64,000 nucleotides of DNA from contig DDUN01000003.1 of assembly GCA_002344825.1 (NCBI GenBank), positions 1,775 through 65,774 on the forward strand, in the 5' to 3' direction. Numbering within the stretch: the stretch's first letter is position 1; each line of letters begins with the position of its first letter. The stretch is from Candidatus Multiplicimicrobium inquinatum. Its GTDB lineage: Bacteria; Omnitrophota; Omnitrophia; Omnitrophales; Aquincolibacteriaceae. Positions 27,844-37,429 of the stretch are shown piece by piece. The notes beneath the pieces are model-generated. The model was given only the letters and a program-made list of their open reading frames with translations. It had not been told where the DNA came from and did no database searches. The translations under genes were made by a program, and so were the position numbers.

Positions 27844-28160
27844 AAACACAGTCTCAAAGGGGTGTGTTTTACTCCGCATCTTTTTTAATTTAAATGGGAG
27901 GTGCTATATATAGAATTTTTTTTGATTGTGCGCATGATTTAGTTTGCGTCAGCATTACTTTTGGATTATTCCAAAGGCAGAGATTTCTTTGATGCCGAAA
28001 GTAGAGCAACACGATCCGTTCACACAGATCATGGAATGATTTGATGCCTAAAATGTTTCTGAATTAGTACGAAAAGCTCAAAAAAACCGAAACTCTCTAT
28101 TTGTCAGCATCTTGATTTAGGGTGTGAGGTTAAGGAAGTCTAGATAAACAATACAATGGT

Positions 28161-29672
28161 ATGACCAATTTTTTAACGCTACATCAATTGGTTCAACATT
28201 CAGCCAAGGCTTGTCCGTCTCAGGTTGCGATTTCCGGGCCCGATGGAGAGTATACATATCATGAAGCAGATCAATGGGCCAATCGAGTTGCCCATGCTTT
28301 GATATTGAATGGAGTCAAAAAAGGTGATCGGGTTGGTGTGCACTTGGAACGCGGAGCAAAGTCTCTTATTCTTTTTCAGGGGATATTAAGGGTGGGTGCT
28401 ATTTATGTTCCGATCGATAGTAAGACTCCGATTCATGGGGTTAGTGAAATTATTTCCAATTGTTCGCCTTATGCGATTTTCACAACACAGAGCTTGTCTC
28501 AAGCGATTGTCCAGATTTGTACAAGTGAAGTTAAATATTTTACGCCGAGTCTTGGAAGCGACGACATCTTCAGTTGGGGCAATTTAAACACACAATCGTC
28601 CGAAGATGTATCAGGATTGCCTTTAATTGATGAGCATGATCCTGCTTATATCCTCTACACGTCGGGTTCTACAGGCAAGCCAAAAGGTGTCTGTCTGAGT
28701 CATAAGAATGCTCTCTCTTTTATTTATTGGGCGGCAACACTGACTCGTGCTCACCGCCGGCATGTTTTTGCCAATCACGCATCATTTAGCTTTGGTATTT
28801 CAGTTTATGATATTTATGTTCCTTTGCTGGTTTGCGCAAAAGTAGTCATAGTACCTGAGAGCATTACTTTTTTTGGGAAGAGTATGATGAATTTTATTGC
28901 AAAAGAAAATGTCACCCACTGGTATTCTGTTCCGACAGCGGTGCTTCTTATGATGGAATGCGAAAATTTCTTTGAATCAATAAAAAATCATATTGAGACG
29001 ATGATGTTTGCGGGAGAGCCTTTTGCTAAAGCTCAAGTAAACAAGTTACGTAAAAATTTACCCGGTGTACAAATTATTAATTTTTATGGAGCTACTGAAA
29101 CAAACGTGTCGTGTTACCATGAAATTAATGATGAAATCCCGGATTCGTTACCGGCCACGCCGATCGGCAAAGCCGCATGCTTGGATGAAATTTGGATTGA
29201 TAATCAGGGCGAAGACCCAGATTTAAACACCGGAGAACTTCTTATCAAGGGACCGACTGTCATGTTGGGTTATTGGGGTGGAGAATTAATAAGGGACCGT
29301 ATATACCGGTCCAAAGATATTGTTCGAAGAGATAGCGATGGTGTTTTTCATTACATCGGCAGGACCGATAGAATCGTCAAAATTAAGGGGTATCGCGTTG
29401 CTTTATCAGAAATTGAGCAAACCATTCTTAGGCATCCAAACATCCGTGAAGCCGTTGTGTCTCTGGAAGGGGATGGTCTCAATGCGAAGCTTGTTGGGTA
29501 TGCGACTCTTAAGGATCCTAATAGTATTCCCGGTTTAATGGAGTTGAAAAAGCTGTGTGCTGATTATTTGGCTCCGTATAAAATCATTCATAAAATTAAT
29601 TTTCTTCCAAGGTTTCCGCTTAATGCCAACGGTAAGGTGGATATAGCGGCTCTTATTAATCAAGGCAAGTAG
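28161..29672 (+). CDS. AMP-dependent adenylating enzyme (DltA/amino-acid-adenylation-domain-like carrier-protein ligase)
   Basis: A3 motif YTSGSTGKPKG; A5 FYGATE; A7/A8 YRSKD…GRTDRIVKIKGYRV. About 500 aa, and an ACP gene lies 1.5 kb upstream. Confidence 0.8.
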   Translation: MTNFLTLHQLVQHSAKACPSQVAISGPDGEYTYHEADQWANRVAHALILNGVKKGDRVGVHLERGAKSLILFQGILRVGAIYVPIDSKTPIHGVSEIISNCSPYAIFTTQSLSQAIVQICTSEVKYFTPSLGSDDIFSWGNLNTQSSEDVSGLPLIDEHDPAYILYTSGSTGKPKGVCLSHKNALSFIYWAATLTRAHRRHVFANHASFSFGISVYDIYVPLLVCAKVVIVPESITFFGKSMMNFIAKENVTHWYSVPTAVLLMMECENFFESIKNHIETMMFAGEPFAKAQVNKLRKNLPGVQIINFYGATETNVSCYHEINDEIPDSLPATPIGKAACLDEIWIDNQGEDPDLNTGELLIKGPTVMLGYWGGELIRDRIYRSKDIVRRDSDGVFHYIGRTDRIVKIKGYRVALSEIEQTILRHPNIREAVVSLEGDGLNAKLVGYATLKDPNSIPGLMELKKLCADYLAPYKIIHKINFLPRFPLNANGKVDIAALINQGK

Positions 29673-29683
29673 ACAGGAATTTT

Positions 29684-31165
29684 GTGACAAAATCGTTTGA
29701 TGTTCTGATATGCGGCGCGGGAATTTCAGGTCTTTATTGCGGCCAAAGAATTCTTGAAGATGCCGCTCGCAAAGGAAGAAAAATCAGGGTCGGGATTATA
29801 GAGTCGCGCAGCAGGGTGGGCGGGCGTATTTGGACCACAAGGTTTCCTGAGTTTCCGGACACGAATTTGGAACTTGGTGCATTCCGATTTATGGAAAACC
29901 ATCATTTGGTGGCTAAGCTTGTTAAAAAATATGGCCTCAAAACAGAGCTAGTTCATTCCGAAGACCAACAGCTTTATTTTTTGCGGGGCAAAAAGTACAT
30001 TAAAAATAATGTGCGAGCCATTAACTCGGCATATCATTTGCAGCCTGCAGAGGCTGGAATGACCGCCGCGCAGCTTCTGGAATTTGCGATTAAAAAAGCA
30101 ATGCCGGGGTACCGCTGGGATAGTTTTAAGGCCCCTCATGATCAAATTCAGCTAGCCTTGAAAAAGGCGGATGCATCAAATCTTGGTTTCAAGCACTTTT
30201 TATTGCAGTTTATTTCTAATGAAGCATTTTGTTTAATCCGAGACAGCTCCGGATACGACTCCAGTTTTTTTAATTGGAATTCCCGCGAAGCGCTTGCTCA
30301 TGTTGTTAACGACTTCGTGTTATCTCCGAAGTCATTTTCACTGCATGGCGGAAGTGATCAGCTAATAAAATCATTGAAAGCTGACTTTTTAGAATTGGGA
30401 GGAGAAATTTATTTAAATACAAGTTTGCAGAATTTTAACTTAGTCCGATCCGGCTCTGAACGCGTCATTCAGTGCGGTGTGTCTGACGGAAAGTCAAAAA
30501 AAACGCAACTGGTAAAAGCCAAAGAGCTAATTCTTGCCATTCCTCAAAAACCATTATTTCAATTAATGCATCGATCTCCGGCAATCCGAAGTCCCGAAGT
30601 GGATCGTTTGCTTAGTTCAGTTTATCCGCTCAATGCGGTAAAAATTTTTCTTGGCTATGATACGTCTTGGTGGAAGAAAGTCTGTCCTCAGGTGACCATG
30701 TCGATTTCAGATAGCCCGCTTCGGAAGACCTTTTATCAGTTGCCAACAAAGAAGGATGGGAAAAACAAGGGCGGTGTTTTACTTGCGGCATATTCGGATA
30801 TGGAAAATTTTTACTTTTGGGATGGACTCATGCCGCCAGCCTCCAGTGGAAACTCGAAAGACATGGCAGAGGTTAATAGTGCCGTGACGGCCATGCTGAG
30901 CCGGATGCATGGTGCTAAAGTGCCGGTTCCGGTTGCGGGAAAAATTATAAGATGGTCTACAGAACACGCCGGCGCGGCTTTTCACGCTTGGAAGCCGGGG
31001 GTGGATTGCATAAAGGTCAGAGAGAACATCAGTAAGCCCGTTGCGGATGTTCCGGTTTATATTTGTGGTGAAGCGTATTCTTCTTATCAATGCTGGATGG
31101 AAGGCGCTTTAATTTCTGCCGATTCAATGTTGAATAAGTACTTTGATAATACTAAAAAAAGGTAA
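29684..31165 (+). CDS. FAD-dependent amine oxidase family oxidoreductase
   Basis: N-terminal dinucleotide-binding motif VLICGAGISGLYCG…GIIESRSRVGGRIWT, typical of flavin amine oxidases. Confidence 0.65.
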   Translation: MTKSFDVLICGAGISGLYCGQRILEDAARKGRKIRVGIIESRSRVGGRIWTTRFPEFPDTNLELGAFRFMENHHLVAKLVKKYGLKTELVHSEDQQLYFLRGKKYIKNNVRAINSAYHLQPAEAGMTAAQLLEFAIKKAMPGYRWDSFKAPHDQIQLALKKADASNLGFKHFLLQFISNEAFCLIRDSSGYDSSFFNWNSREALAHVVNDFVLSPKSFSLHGGSDQLIKSLKADFLELGGEIYLNTSLQNFNLVRSGSERVIQCGVSDGKSKKTQLVKAKELILAIPQKPLFQLMHRSPAIRSPEVDRLLSSVYPLNAVKIFLGYDTSWWKKVCPQVTMSISDSPLRKTFYQLPTKKDGKNKGGVLLAAYSDMENFYFWDGLMPPASSGNSKDMAEVNSAVTAMLSRMHGAKVPVPVAGKIIRWSTEHAGAAFHAWKPGVDCIKVRENISKPVADVPVYICGEAYSSYQCWMEGALISADSMLNKYFDNTKKR

Positions 31166-31193
31166 ATAAGGATTTTGTTAACTCAATCTAAAC

Positions 31194-32414
31194 ATGAAAA
31201 GCTCTATGACTGATACCGATTTTGATGTGATTATTATCGGAGGGGGAGTTATCGGTTTAAGTGCGGCATATTATTCGGCCTTTTCAGGAAAACGCACTTT
31301 GCTGTTAGAAAAGAATGATTTTTTTCATGATCTGGGCAGTTCCGGCGGGAATTCACGTTTTTTCCGAGTTATGTACTCTGATCCGAAGTTGGCGAGGTTG
31401 TCTGAAACTTCATACTCTTTATGGAAGCAAGTCGAGAAGGAGACGGGGATTTCTGTTTTGAATGAGCAGCCATTGCTTTTTTATGGTAGTAGAAATGTAA
31501 AAGATACAGTCGAAGGAGACTTTAATAATTCGGATCAAGTGATGAGGAAAATGGGAATTCCCTTTAAGTTTTTGAACTCAGCAGAGATTCAGAGACATTA
31601 TAGTGTGTTTAAAAAATTGCCCGAAGAGTTTGTAGGGCTCATTCAGGAGAACTCAGCCGTTATTCAAGCCAGAAATGCCCTGCGCGCATTTCATCATCTG
31701 GCTAAAAATGCGGGTGCCAACCTCATGACGAATTCTCCAGCTTCTATTTGTGATGTCTCAGATTCCGGAAAAATCATTACGATTAAAACCCCAACCGGTC
31801 TCTATCGTACATCATCGCTGATTTTGGCTCCCGGTGTTTGGACCAATGAAATCATTGCCCCTCTTAAAGTTCAATTCGATCTGACGATTTGGCAAATGAC
31901 AGTTGGCTACTACGGAGTTGAGAACCCAAATCTTAATTACCCTTTTTGGTATGAATTTGGAGAGTCGGCTGTGGCCGGGCAAGGGTTGTATTATGGCTTT
32001 CCGGTTGGAACCGACTATGAGGGGTGTATTAAGGCTAGCTGTGATTTTACTTTTAATCAGTATGATAAAGTGCAGAGCTGTTCACGAATGGTAGATCCCA
32101 AAGCTCTTGAGATGATTTCTACCCATTTGGTTAGAAGATTTCATGGAATTAACCCTTCACCAATGCACTCATCAACGTGCATGTACACAATGAGTAAAGA
32201 CTATCGGATGATTTTAGGGTTGTTGCCGGGGTATAAAAATATTGCAATATTGACAGGGGAGTCGGGTAGAGCATTTAAATACGCCCCGATTTTTGGACGT
32301 ATATTCAACAGCTTAGTAAGCGATGGTGACCCCATGTATGACATCGATTGTATTTCAATTAATAGACCCAATATATTCAATAGTTTTAAACAGGATGTAA
32401 AGCAATATGAGTGA
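31194..32414 (+). CDS. FAD-dependent oxidoreductase (DAO family; sarcosine/glycine/D-amino-acid oxidase-like)
   Basis: DVIIIGGGVIGLSAAYY…LLLEKN and ~400 aa length match the DAO family. Confidence 0.65.
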   Translation: MKSSMTDTDFDVIIIGGGVIGLSAAYYSAFSGKRTLLLEKNDFFHDLGSSGGNSRFFRVMYSDPKLARLSETSYSLWKQVEKETGISVLNEQPLLFYGSRNVKDTVEGDFNNSDQVMRKMGIPFKFLNSAEIQRHYSVFKKLPEEFVGLIQENSAVIQARNALRAFHHLAKNAGANLMTNSPASICDVSDSGKIITIKTPTGLYRTSSLILAPGVWTNEIIAPLKVQFDLTIWQMTVGYYGVENPNLNYPFWYEFGESAVAGQGLYYGFPVGTDYEGCIKASCDFTFNQYDKVQSCSRMVDPKALEMISTHLVRRFHGINPSPMHSSTCMYTMSKDYRMILGLLPGYKNIAILTGESGRAFKYAPIFGRIFNSLVSDGDPMYDIDCISINRPNIFNSFKQDVKQYE

Positions 32415-33585
32415 GCGATCAATAAAAAACTTCATGATTGGCGCACTTATTGTCTCTGTCCCACTCTTGATTTGCGGCGGGGCCCAAGTGAATAAGTATT
32501 TTAAATGGGAAGGAGCGCTCTCTTATTTTTTATTAGGGCAGGTTGTTTTTTTTGCGTTTATTTTAGTGTTTGAGCGGCTGGTAGGCAGAATTTCAGAAGA
32601 GCAGGCCTTGTACTATGTTATCGCTTCGATTGCTTTTTTAGGTATTGTTTTTTACTTCGTCTATCCTATTGCTAATTCAGGGGTGGTTGGAGGCGGAAGC
32701 GATAATGATGACGCGTATAATCTGGCGGCCAGAGCTCTGCTCAAGGGAGTATACCCATACCGGGAGCATACGTACCTCGGTGGAGGAATTGCATATTTTC
32801 CTGGAGCAATTTTCTTGTCATTGCCGGCTGTCATTTTAGGTAACGCGGCGCTTCAGACCTTTGTGTGGTTAATACCTTTTTGTTTTTTTCTAAAATATTT
32901 TTTAGAATCGTGGAAAGGTGTTTTATTTATTATTTCAGCGCTCATCATTTTTTGCCCCACATTTATTCAAACGGTTGTTGTCGGCTCTGATTTGATTGCA
33001 AGCGGTTGTTATATTTTCTTGTCTCTCTTTATGTTCATTGGCGCGGTGCGGCAGAATAAGCCTATGGCTGTTCGCATGGGGGCTATTGTTTTTCTTGGTA
33101 TGGCGCTTTCTTCGAGAACAAACTATTTGTTTTTTTTACCTTTGTTAGGCGGGCTTCTTTTGAGAGAGAGGGGTTTTAAAGTAACTTGCGCTTATGTTGC
33201 GGCAATAATTCTAGTTTATTGTCTGGTTACATTGCCATTCTTTTTTTACTCCCCGAAGGAATTTTCTCCATTGATCGTTCAGGCTGGAAAACTATCTGAG
33301 TTTGACTATCTTCTCCCGAATGCGTCCAAAATCATACTGACAATAATTGCTTTTTTTACGTTGATATTCACGTTTCACAAAAAAGTAAACACTAAAACGG
33401 GTTTTCTGATACTCGGTTCAATTTTGCAAGCGATACCGCTTGTTTTTATTGCTGTGTTGGCCTCGATAAAAGACGGTAGCTTGAATCTTGGGATGGCGTG
33501 GTATTTTTTTCACTTTCTATTTTTTTCGATGAGCGCTGGGTGGCTTCTGCTTTGCCAAGATGGTTCAAAGTTGAGAGAAAAGTAA
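32407..33585 (+). CDS. Polytopic membrane protein, possibly a GT-C-type (DUF2029/GT87-like) glycosyltransferase
   Basis: About 10 TM helices; an acidic loop GGGSDNDDAYNLAARALLKGVYPY after the third TM resembles GT-C catalytic loops. The function is uncertain. Confidence 0.35.
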   Translation: MSERSIKNFMIGALIVSVPLLICGGAQVNKYFKWEGALSYFLLGQVVFFAFILVFERLVGRISEEQALYYVIASIAFLGIVFYFVYPIANSGVVGGGSDNDDAYNLAARALLKGVYPYREHTYLGGGIAYFPGAIFLSLPAVILGNAALQTFVWLIPFCFFLKYFLESWKGVLFIISALIIFCPTFIQTVVVGSDLIASGCYIFLSLFMFIGAVRQNKPMAVRMGAIVFLGMALSSRTNYLFFLPLLGGLLLRERGFKVTCAYVAAIILVYCLVTLPFFFYSPKEFSPLIVQAGKLSEFDYLLPNASKIILTIIAFFTLIFTFHKKVNTKTGFLILGSILQAIPLVFIAVLASIKDGSLNLGMAWYFFHFLFFSMSAGWLLLCQDGSKLREK

Positions 33586-34007
33586 TGAGTGCAATCAATG
33601 TTAGCAATGAGAGAAGCGTTGTCAGAGTATAAATGGTCTTTAATTTGAAATAATATGACCAGTCCTTTTTTATGTCGGTTTGTTGTATTGATATTATAGA
33701 AAATGCCAGAAAAAAGATTGCGCCAAATATATGGGTAAGAGAAAGAGTGGTTCGTTAAAACTTCATGCACAAGACCAGATATGCTTAAAAATCTTATAAT
33801 CTTGGTAAGCTAGAAAGCCCCATGTTTAGTGGGGTTAGAATGATAGGGAAAAGTAAATTGCAGAGGATTGGTTTGAAGCTGAGCGACCATGGATTGATTA
33901 TTATTTGGAAACAAAAAAGCCGAGCACAGTGATTACGCAGGCATGGCATTATGGGTTTTATGCTATTGGCGTGATTTTAATGTGCTTGTGGCTTAAATAG
34001 TAAACAA

Positions 34008-34877
34008 GTGTATATGAAGATTTATATGAAAGAAATTAAAAGCAATCTAGTTAAAAATGGATTTTCAAGGTGTTGTCGTTTTTTGAGGAATCTTTGTGCG
34101 TTGCACCGGCGAAAGAATTTTAATCTTCTGGTGCTAAATTATTTAGTTGTAAAAATCACTGGAAGAGGAGCGCTGGCAAAAGAAGAAATAAAATGGAAAG
34201 AAATACTTTTTTCGTATTCGTTTCCGGCTGATGATTATCTCATTATTGAGGAAGCTTATAATGCTTGGGGAAATTTGATGTCCTTCGAATTGTTTTTTCT
34301 TCGACTGGTTCGGAATAAGCTGAATTGGGAGTTGATAGCACCGAAAAGCGATATTCGGCATGAAGTGCTCGGAAACAAGCAAGGCTTAAATATCGGCGCG
34401 CCTGTCATTTATGTTATGTGGCATCACGGCGCCTATTTCATATGCAAATTGCTTCTCAAAATAATGCCGCATGCGACGCTTCATTATAATGATAAATTGT
34501 TCCCTGCGCAAAATGTGGCAATTATCATTCAATCTATTAAGACAGGGCATTCGATTCTTCACTTTATAGACGGAAAAGATGGTAAGCGCAATGTGATGGT
34601 TCCTTTTTTAAGCAAAACGCTCTTTATTCCATCTTCAATTATTAAAATTGCTAGAATGATGAAAGTTCCAATTATGCCAATAACTGCTTATTTTTATGAG
34701 CATGACGACATGAATCAGATTTATATCGGAGATCCTTTGTTTACACAGGATGAACTTGAGGCGATGACTGATCAAGCAGCCATATTAACTATTTGGAACT
34801 ATTTTATGAAGGATTTGAAAGAAAAAGCACCGTGGTCAACTAATCCTTGGGTTATCAGTTTGTTATCAAAAAAATAA
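34008..34877 (+). CDS. Lipid A biosynthesis (LpxL/HtrB)-family or lysophospholipid-type acyltransferase
   Basis: 289 aa, similar in length and organisation to LpxL-like acyltransferases (…PVIYVMWHHGAYF…HFIDGKDGKR…). Confidence 0.45.
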   Translation: MYMKIYMKEIKSNLVKNGFSRCCRFLRNLCALHRRKNFNLLVLNYLVVKITGRGALAKEEIKWKEILFSYSFPADDYLIIEEAYNAWGNLMSFELFFLRLVRNKLNWELIAPKSDIRHEVLGNKQGLNIGAPVIYVMWHHGAYFICKLLLKIMPHATLHYNDKLFPAQNVAIIIQSIKTGHSILHFIDGKDGKRNVMVPFLSKTLFIPSSIIKIARMMKVPIMPITAYFYEHDDMNQIYIGDPLFTQDELEAMTDQAAILTIWNYFMKDLKEKAPWSTNPWVISLLSKK

Positions 34878-34879
34878 AA

Positions 34880-35740
34880 ATGAAATTTAAATATTTCATC
34901 AATTCATTGATTAAAAGGATCCAGCGTAAAGAGCTATATTGCCCATCCTGCGGATGCACGAACTCTATTTCAGTTGACCGAAAATTTTGGGTAACGACTC
35001 TGCAGCGCTGTGCAGGTTGTAGCCTTTTATTTCGTCAACCTTTTAGTACGAACATTGAAAATAAATCTTATTATCAGACTGAGTATCGAGAGGGTTTTAC
35101 AACATCAATGCCTTCGGTTCTCGAGCTTGAAAACCTTAAATCTGTTTTTTTCCAAAACACTCCCAAAGATTTTAAGTTCGTCATTAGTATTTTTAAGGCG
35201 CTTGGCTTTAAAAGCAACCAGAAAATATGTGATTTCGGGTGTTCGTGGGGCTACGGTAGTTGGCAGTTTTCGCAGGCTGGGTTCGATGTAGTGGCATTTG
35301 AAGTTTCAGAGCCGCGAGCGGCTTACGCCAAAGAAAAACTTAATGTATTGGTTACTTCCCGTGCTGTTGACATTAGAAAAGATAATGACATTTTTTTTTC
35401 GTCTCATGTGTTAGAACACTTGCCGAAATTAGAGCCTGTTCTCAATGAGGCTATTAATAGCATTGTTGTTGGCGGAGTTTTCATTGCTTTAACCCCCAAC
35501 GGATCTTTTTCAAGGAGAAAAAAAGAACCTTATTGGTGGAGTAAGGCATGGGGCTTGAAGCATCCTAATTTTCTTGATGAAATTTTTTATAAAAATAGAT
35601 TTAAGGCCTATCCCTACTTTATCGTAAGCTCTCCGTATAATCTAGATATGATAATGAACTGGGCCTCTTTCCCTAGTCAATTTATTGGGAATCTCGACGG
35701 AGAAGAGCTGTTAATAATTGTTAAAAAAGTACCATTTTAA
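34880..35740 (+). CDS. Class I SAM-dependent methyltransferase with an N-terminal Cys4 zinc ribbon
   Basis: CPSCGC…CAGC ribbon; motif I KICDFGCSWGYGS; post-I DVVAFEVS. Start taken at the ATG at 34880, directly after the upstream stop. Confidence 0.65.
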   Translation: MKFKYFINSLIKRIQRKELYCPSCGCTNSISVDRKFWVTTLQRCAGCSLLFRQPFSTNIENKSYYQTEYREGFTTSMPSVLELENLKSVFFQNTPKDFKFVISIFKALGFKSNQKICDFGCSWGYGSWQFSQAGFDVVAFEVSEPRAAYAKEKLNVLVTSRAVDIRKDNDIFFSSHVLEHLPKLEPVLNEAINSIVVGGVFIALTPNGSFSRRKKEPYWWSKAWGLKHPNFLDEIFYKNRFKAYPYFIVSSPYNLDMIMNWASFPSQFIGNLDGEELLIIVKKVPF

Positions 35741-35874
35741 AGCGGTTGTGGGGTCTAGCAGTTTGTAATGACTAAAAACACGGAGTGGTTTCAATATGGA
35801 TTCATCTCCTTTTGACCTAAATTATTGGTGAGTATCCTTTAAAGCCCTTTTGTCTATTTTTAATTTTATGAAAG

Positions 35875-36309
35875 ATGGTTCGCTAAAATTGAATTGGGAA
35901 AACTATTCAAAAGAGGCGACTATCATCAAATTTTGTTTTATAGGGCTTAAAAGTCAGGAAGTGGTGAAACTTGGTTTTGTTGCCGCAGACTTATTTTGTT
36001 CCTCTTGGTCGTTATGAGACCCGGGGGCTTGTGCTTAATAAAGCTCTCACAAATGGATTACCACGTGTTGTTTTCGATATGACAGGGTGCCGTACTAGTG
36101 ATTTGATCGAAAAAGATGAAACAGGATTCATTTTGGGGCCTGAGGATGTGGATTTATTAGTGCAGTGTTTGCTTGACGTCATGAGACTGATTTCTGACAA
36201 AAATGTGATTGAAAACCGCCCGAACAAGTCAGCGCAATACTCTATTTTTAACGCCGCAAAGGGCATTGCTTTAACCCGCCGAGGCGTAATTGATAAACAT
36301 GATTCATAA
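35875..36309 (+). pseudogene. Remnant of the C-terminal half of a GT4 glycosyltransferase
   Basis: Translation …LLPQTYFVPLGRYETRGLVLNKALTNGLPRVVFDMTGCRTSDLIEKDETGFILGPEDVDLLVQCLLDV… is a degraded GT4 C-terminal consensus (the EGFGLV-LEAMA-G-PV region). There is no N-terminal domain, and it overlaps the start of the next intact GT4 gene. Confidence 0.5.
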
Positions 36310-37429
36310 TCGACATCAAATTCATATTTGGGTGCCGGAGTTGAATCAAACGGGGGGCATTCAGGCATTTTCTAGGTTTTTGATTAAGGCGATGCGAAAG
36401 TCTTTTGACGGAGAGGTTCATGTTTTTTCAAAGAAAGATAAAACCAGTCCAGTTATTGCTGAATTACAAGGTTGCTCATGGAGTGCATTCGGAGAAACAC
36501 CCAGCACTTTTCAGACAATAATTTTTTCATTTAATATTCTTTTCGCGGCATTTTTAAGACATCCTCAGTTGATTATTGTTACGCATGCCCATTTTGCGGT
36601 AATAGCATTGATTTTAAAAAAAATACTAAAGCAAAAATATCTTGTGATTGCCCACGGTGTCGAAGTTTGGAATATAAATAACTGGCTATTAAAAAAAGCA
36701 ATCAGGAATGCTGACAAGGTGCTTGCTGTAAGTAATTTTACAAAGCAAAGGCTTATTAGTCAGAATCTTGCGTTCGATGGTGGAATAACCATTTTTCCTA
36801 ATACATTTGATGAGACTCGTTTTTGCATCGGAATGAGCGAAAAGAAAATTTTTGAAAAGTATGGGATTAGAAATCAAGATCAAATTCTTTTAACGGTTTG
36901 TAGACTTGTCCAATCGGAATTTAAAAAAGGATATGATTTGGTTTTAAGGGCCATGGTTGAATTGTCAAAACAACTTCCCGATCTTAAGTATGTGATTATT
37001 GGTGATGGAGAGGATCGTTGTCATCTCGATAGGACAATCAAGAATTTGCATTTGTCCGAACGAGTTATCTTGGCAGGGAGGGTTTCAGATGAAGAATTGC
37101 CAAAGTATTATAAGAGCGCGAATATTTTTGTTATGCCAAGCGAAAGGGAGGGATTTGGAATTGTCTATTTAGAAGCTTTAGCATGTGGCTTGCCAGTGAT
37201 AGCGGCTCGCTGTGCCGGTGCTGTAGATGCATTAATGGGAGGAGAATTAGGAGATTTGATTGAGCCCGGCGATGTGATCGGTTTGACTAGAAAAATTTAT
37301 GAAAGGCTGATGATGCCCTATTCCTTTGATATGAAAACAAAGTTAAATCAAAAAGCAAGTTACTATTTTGGTCAGAAAAAATTCAACCAGAGACTGTCCT
37401 CGATTCTAAATCAAGTGCTAAATGATTAA
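36290..37429 (+). CDS. Glycosyltransferase family 4
   Basis: …IFVMPSEREGFGIVYLEALACGLPVIAARCAGAVDAL…. Confidence 0.8.
   Translation: MINMIHNRHQIHIWVPELNQTGGIQAFSRFLIKAMRKSFDGEVHVFSKKDKTSPVIAELQGCSWSAFGETPSTFQTIIFSFNILFAAFLRHPQLIIVTHAHFAVIALILKKILKQKYLVIAHGVEVWNINNWLLKKAIRNADKVLAVSNFTKQRLISQNLAFDGGITIFPNTFDETRFCIGMSEKKIFEKYGIRNQDQILLTVCRLVQSEFKKGYDLVLRAMVELSKQLPDLKYVIIGDGEDRCHLDRTIKNLHLSERVILAGRVSDEELPKYYKSANIFVMPSEREGFGIVYLEALACGLPVIAARCAGAVDALMGGELGDLIEPGDVIGLTRKIYERLMMPYSFDMKTKLNQKASYYFGQKKFNQRLSSILNQVLND

Noticed and set aside
33510-33770. 86-aa minus-strand ORF in the 420-bp gap
   Set aside because: It is antisense to the locus direction with an implausible composition. It overlaps the end of the upstream membrane-protein gene.
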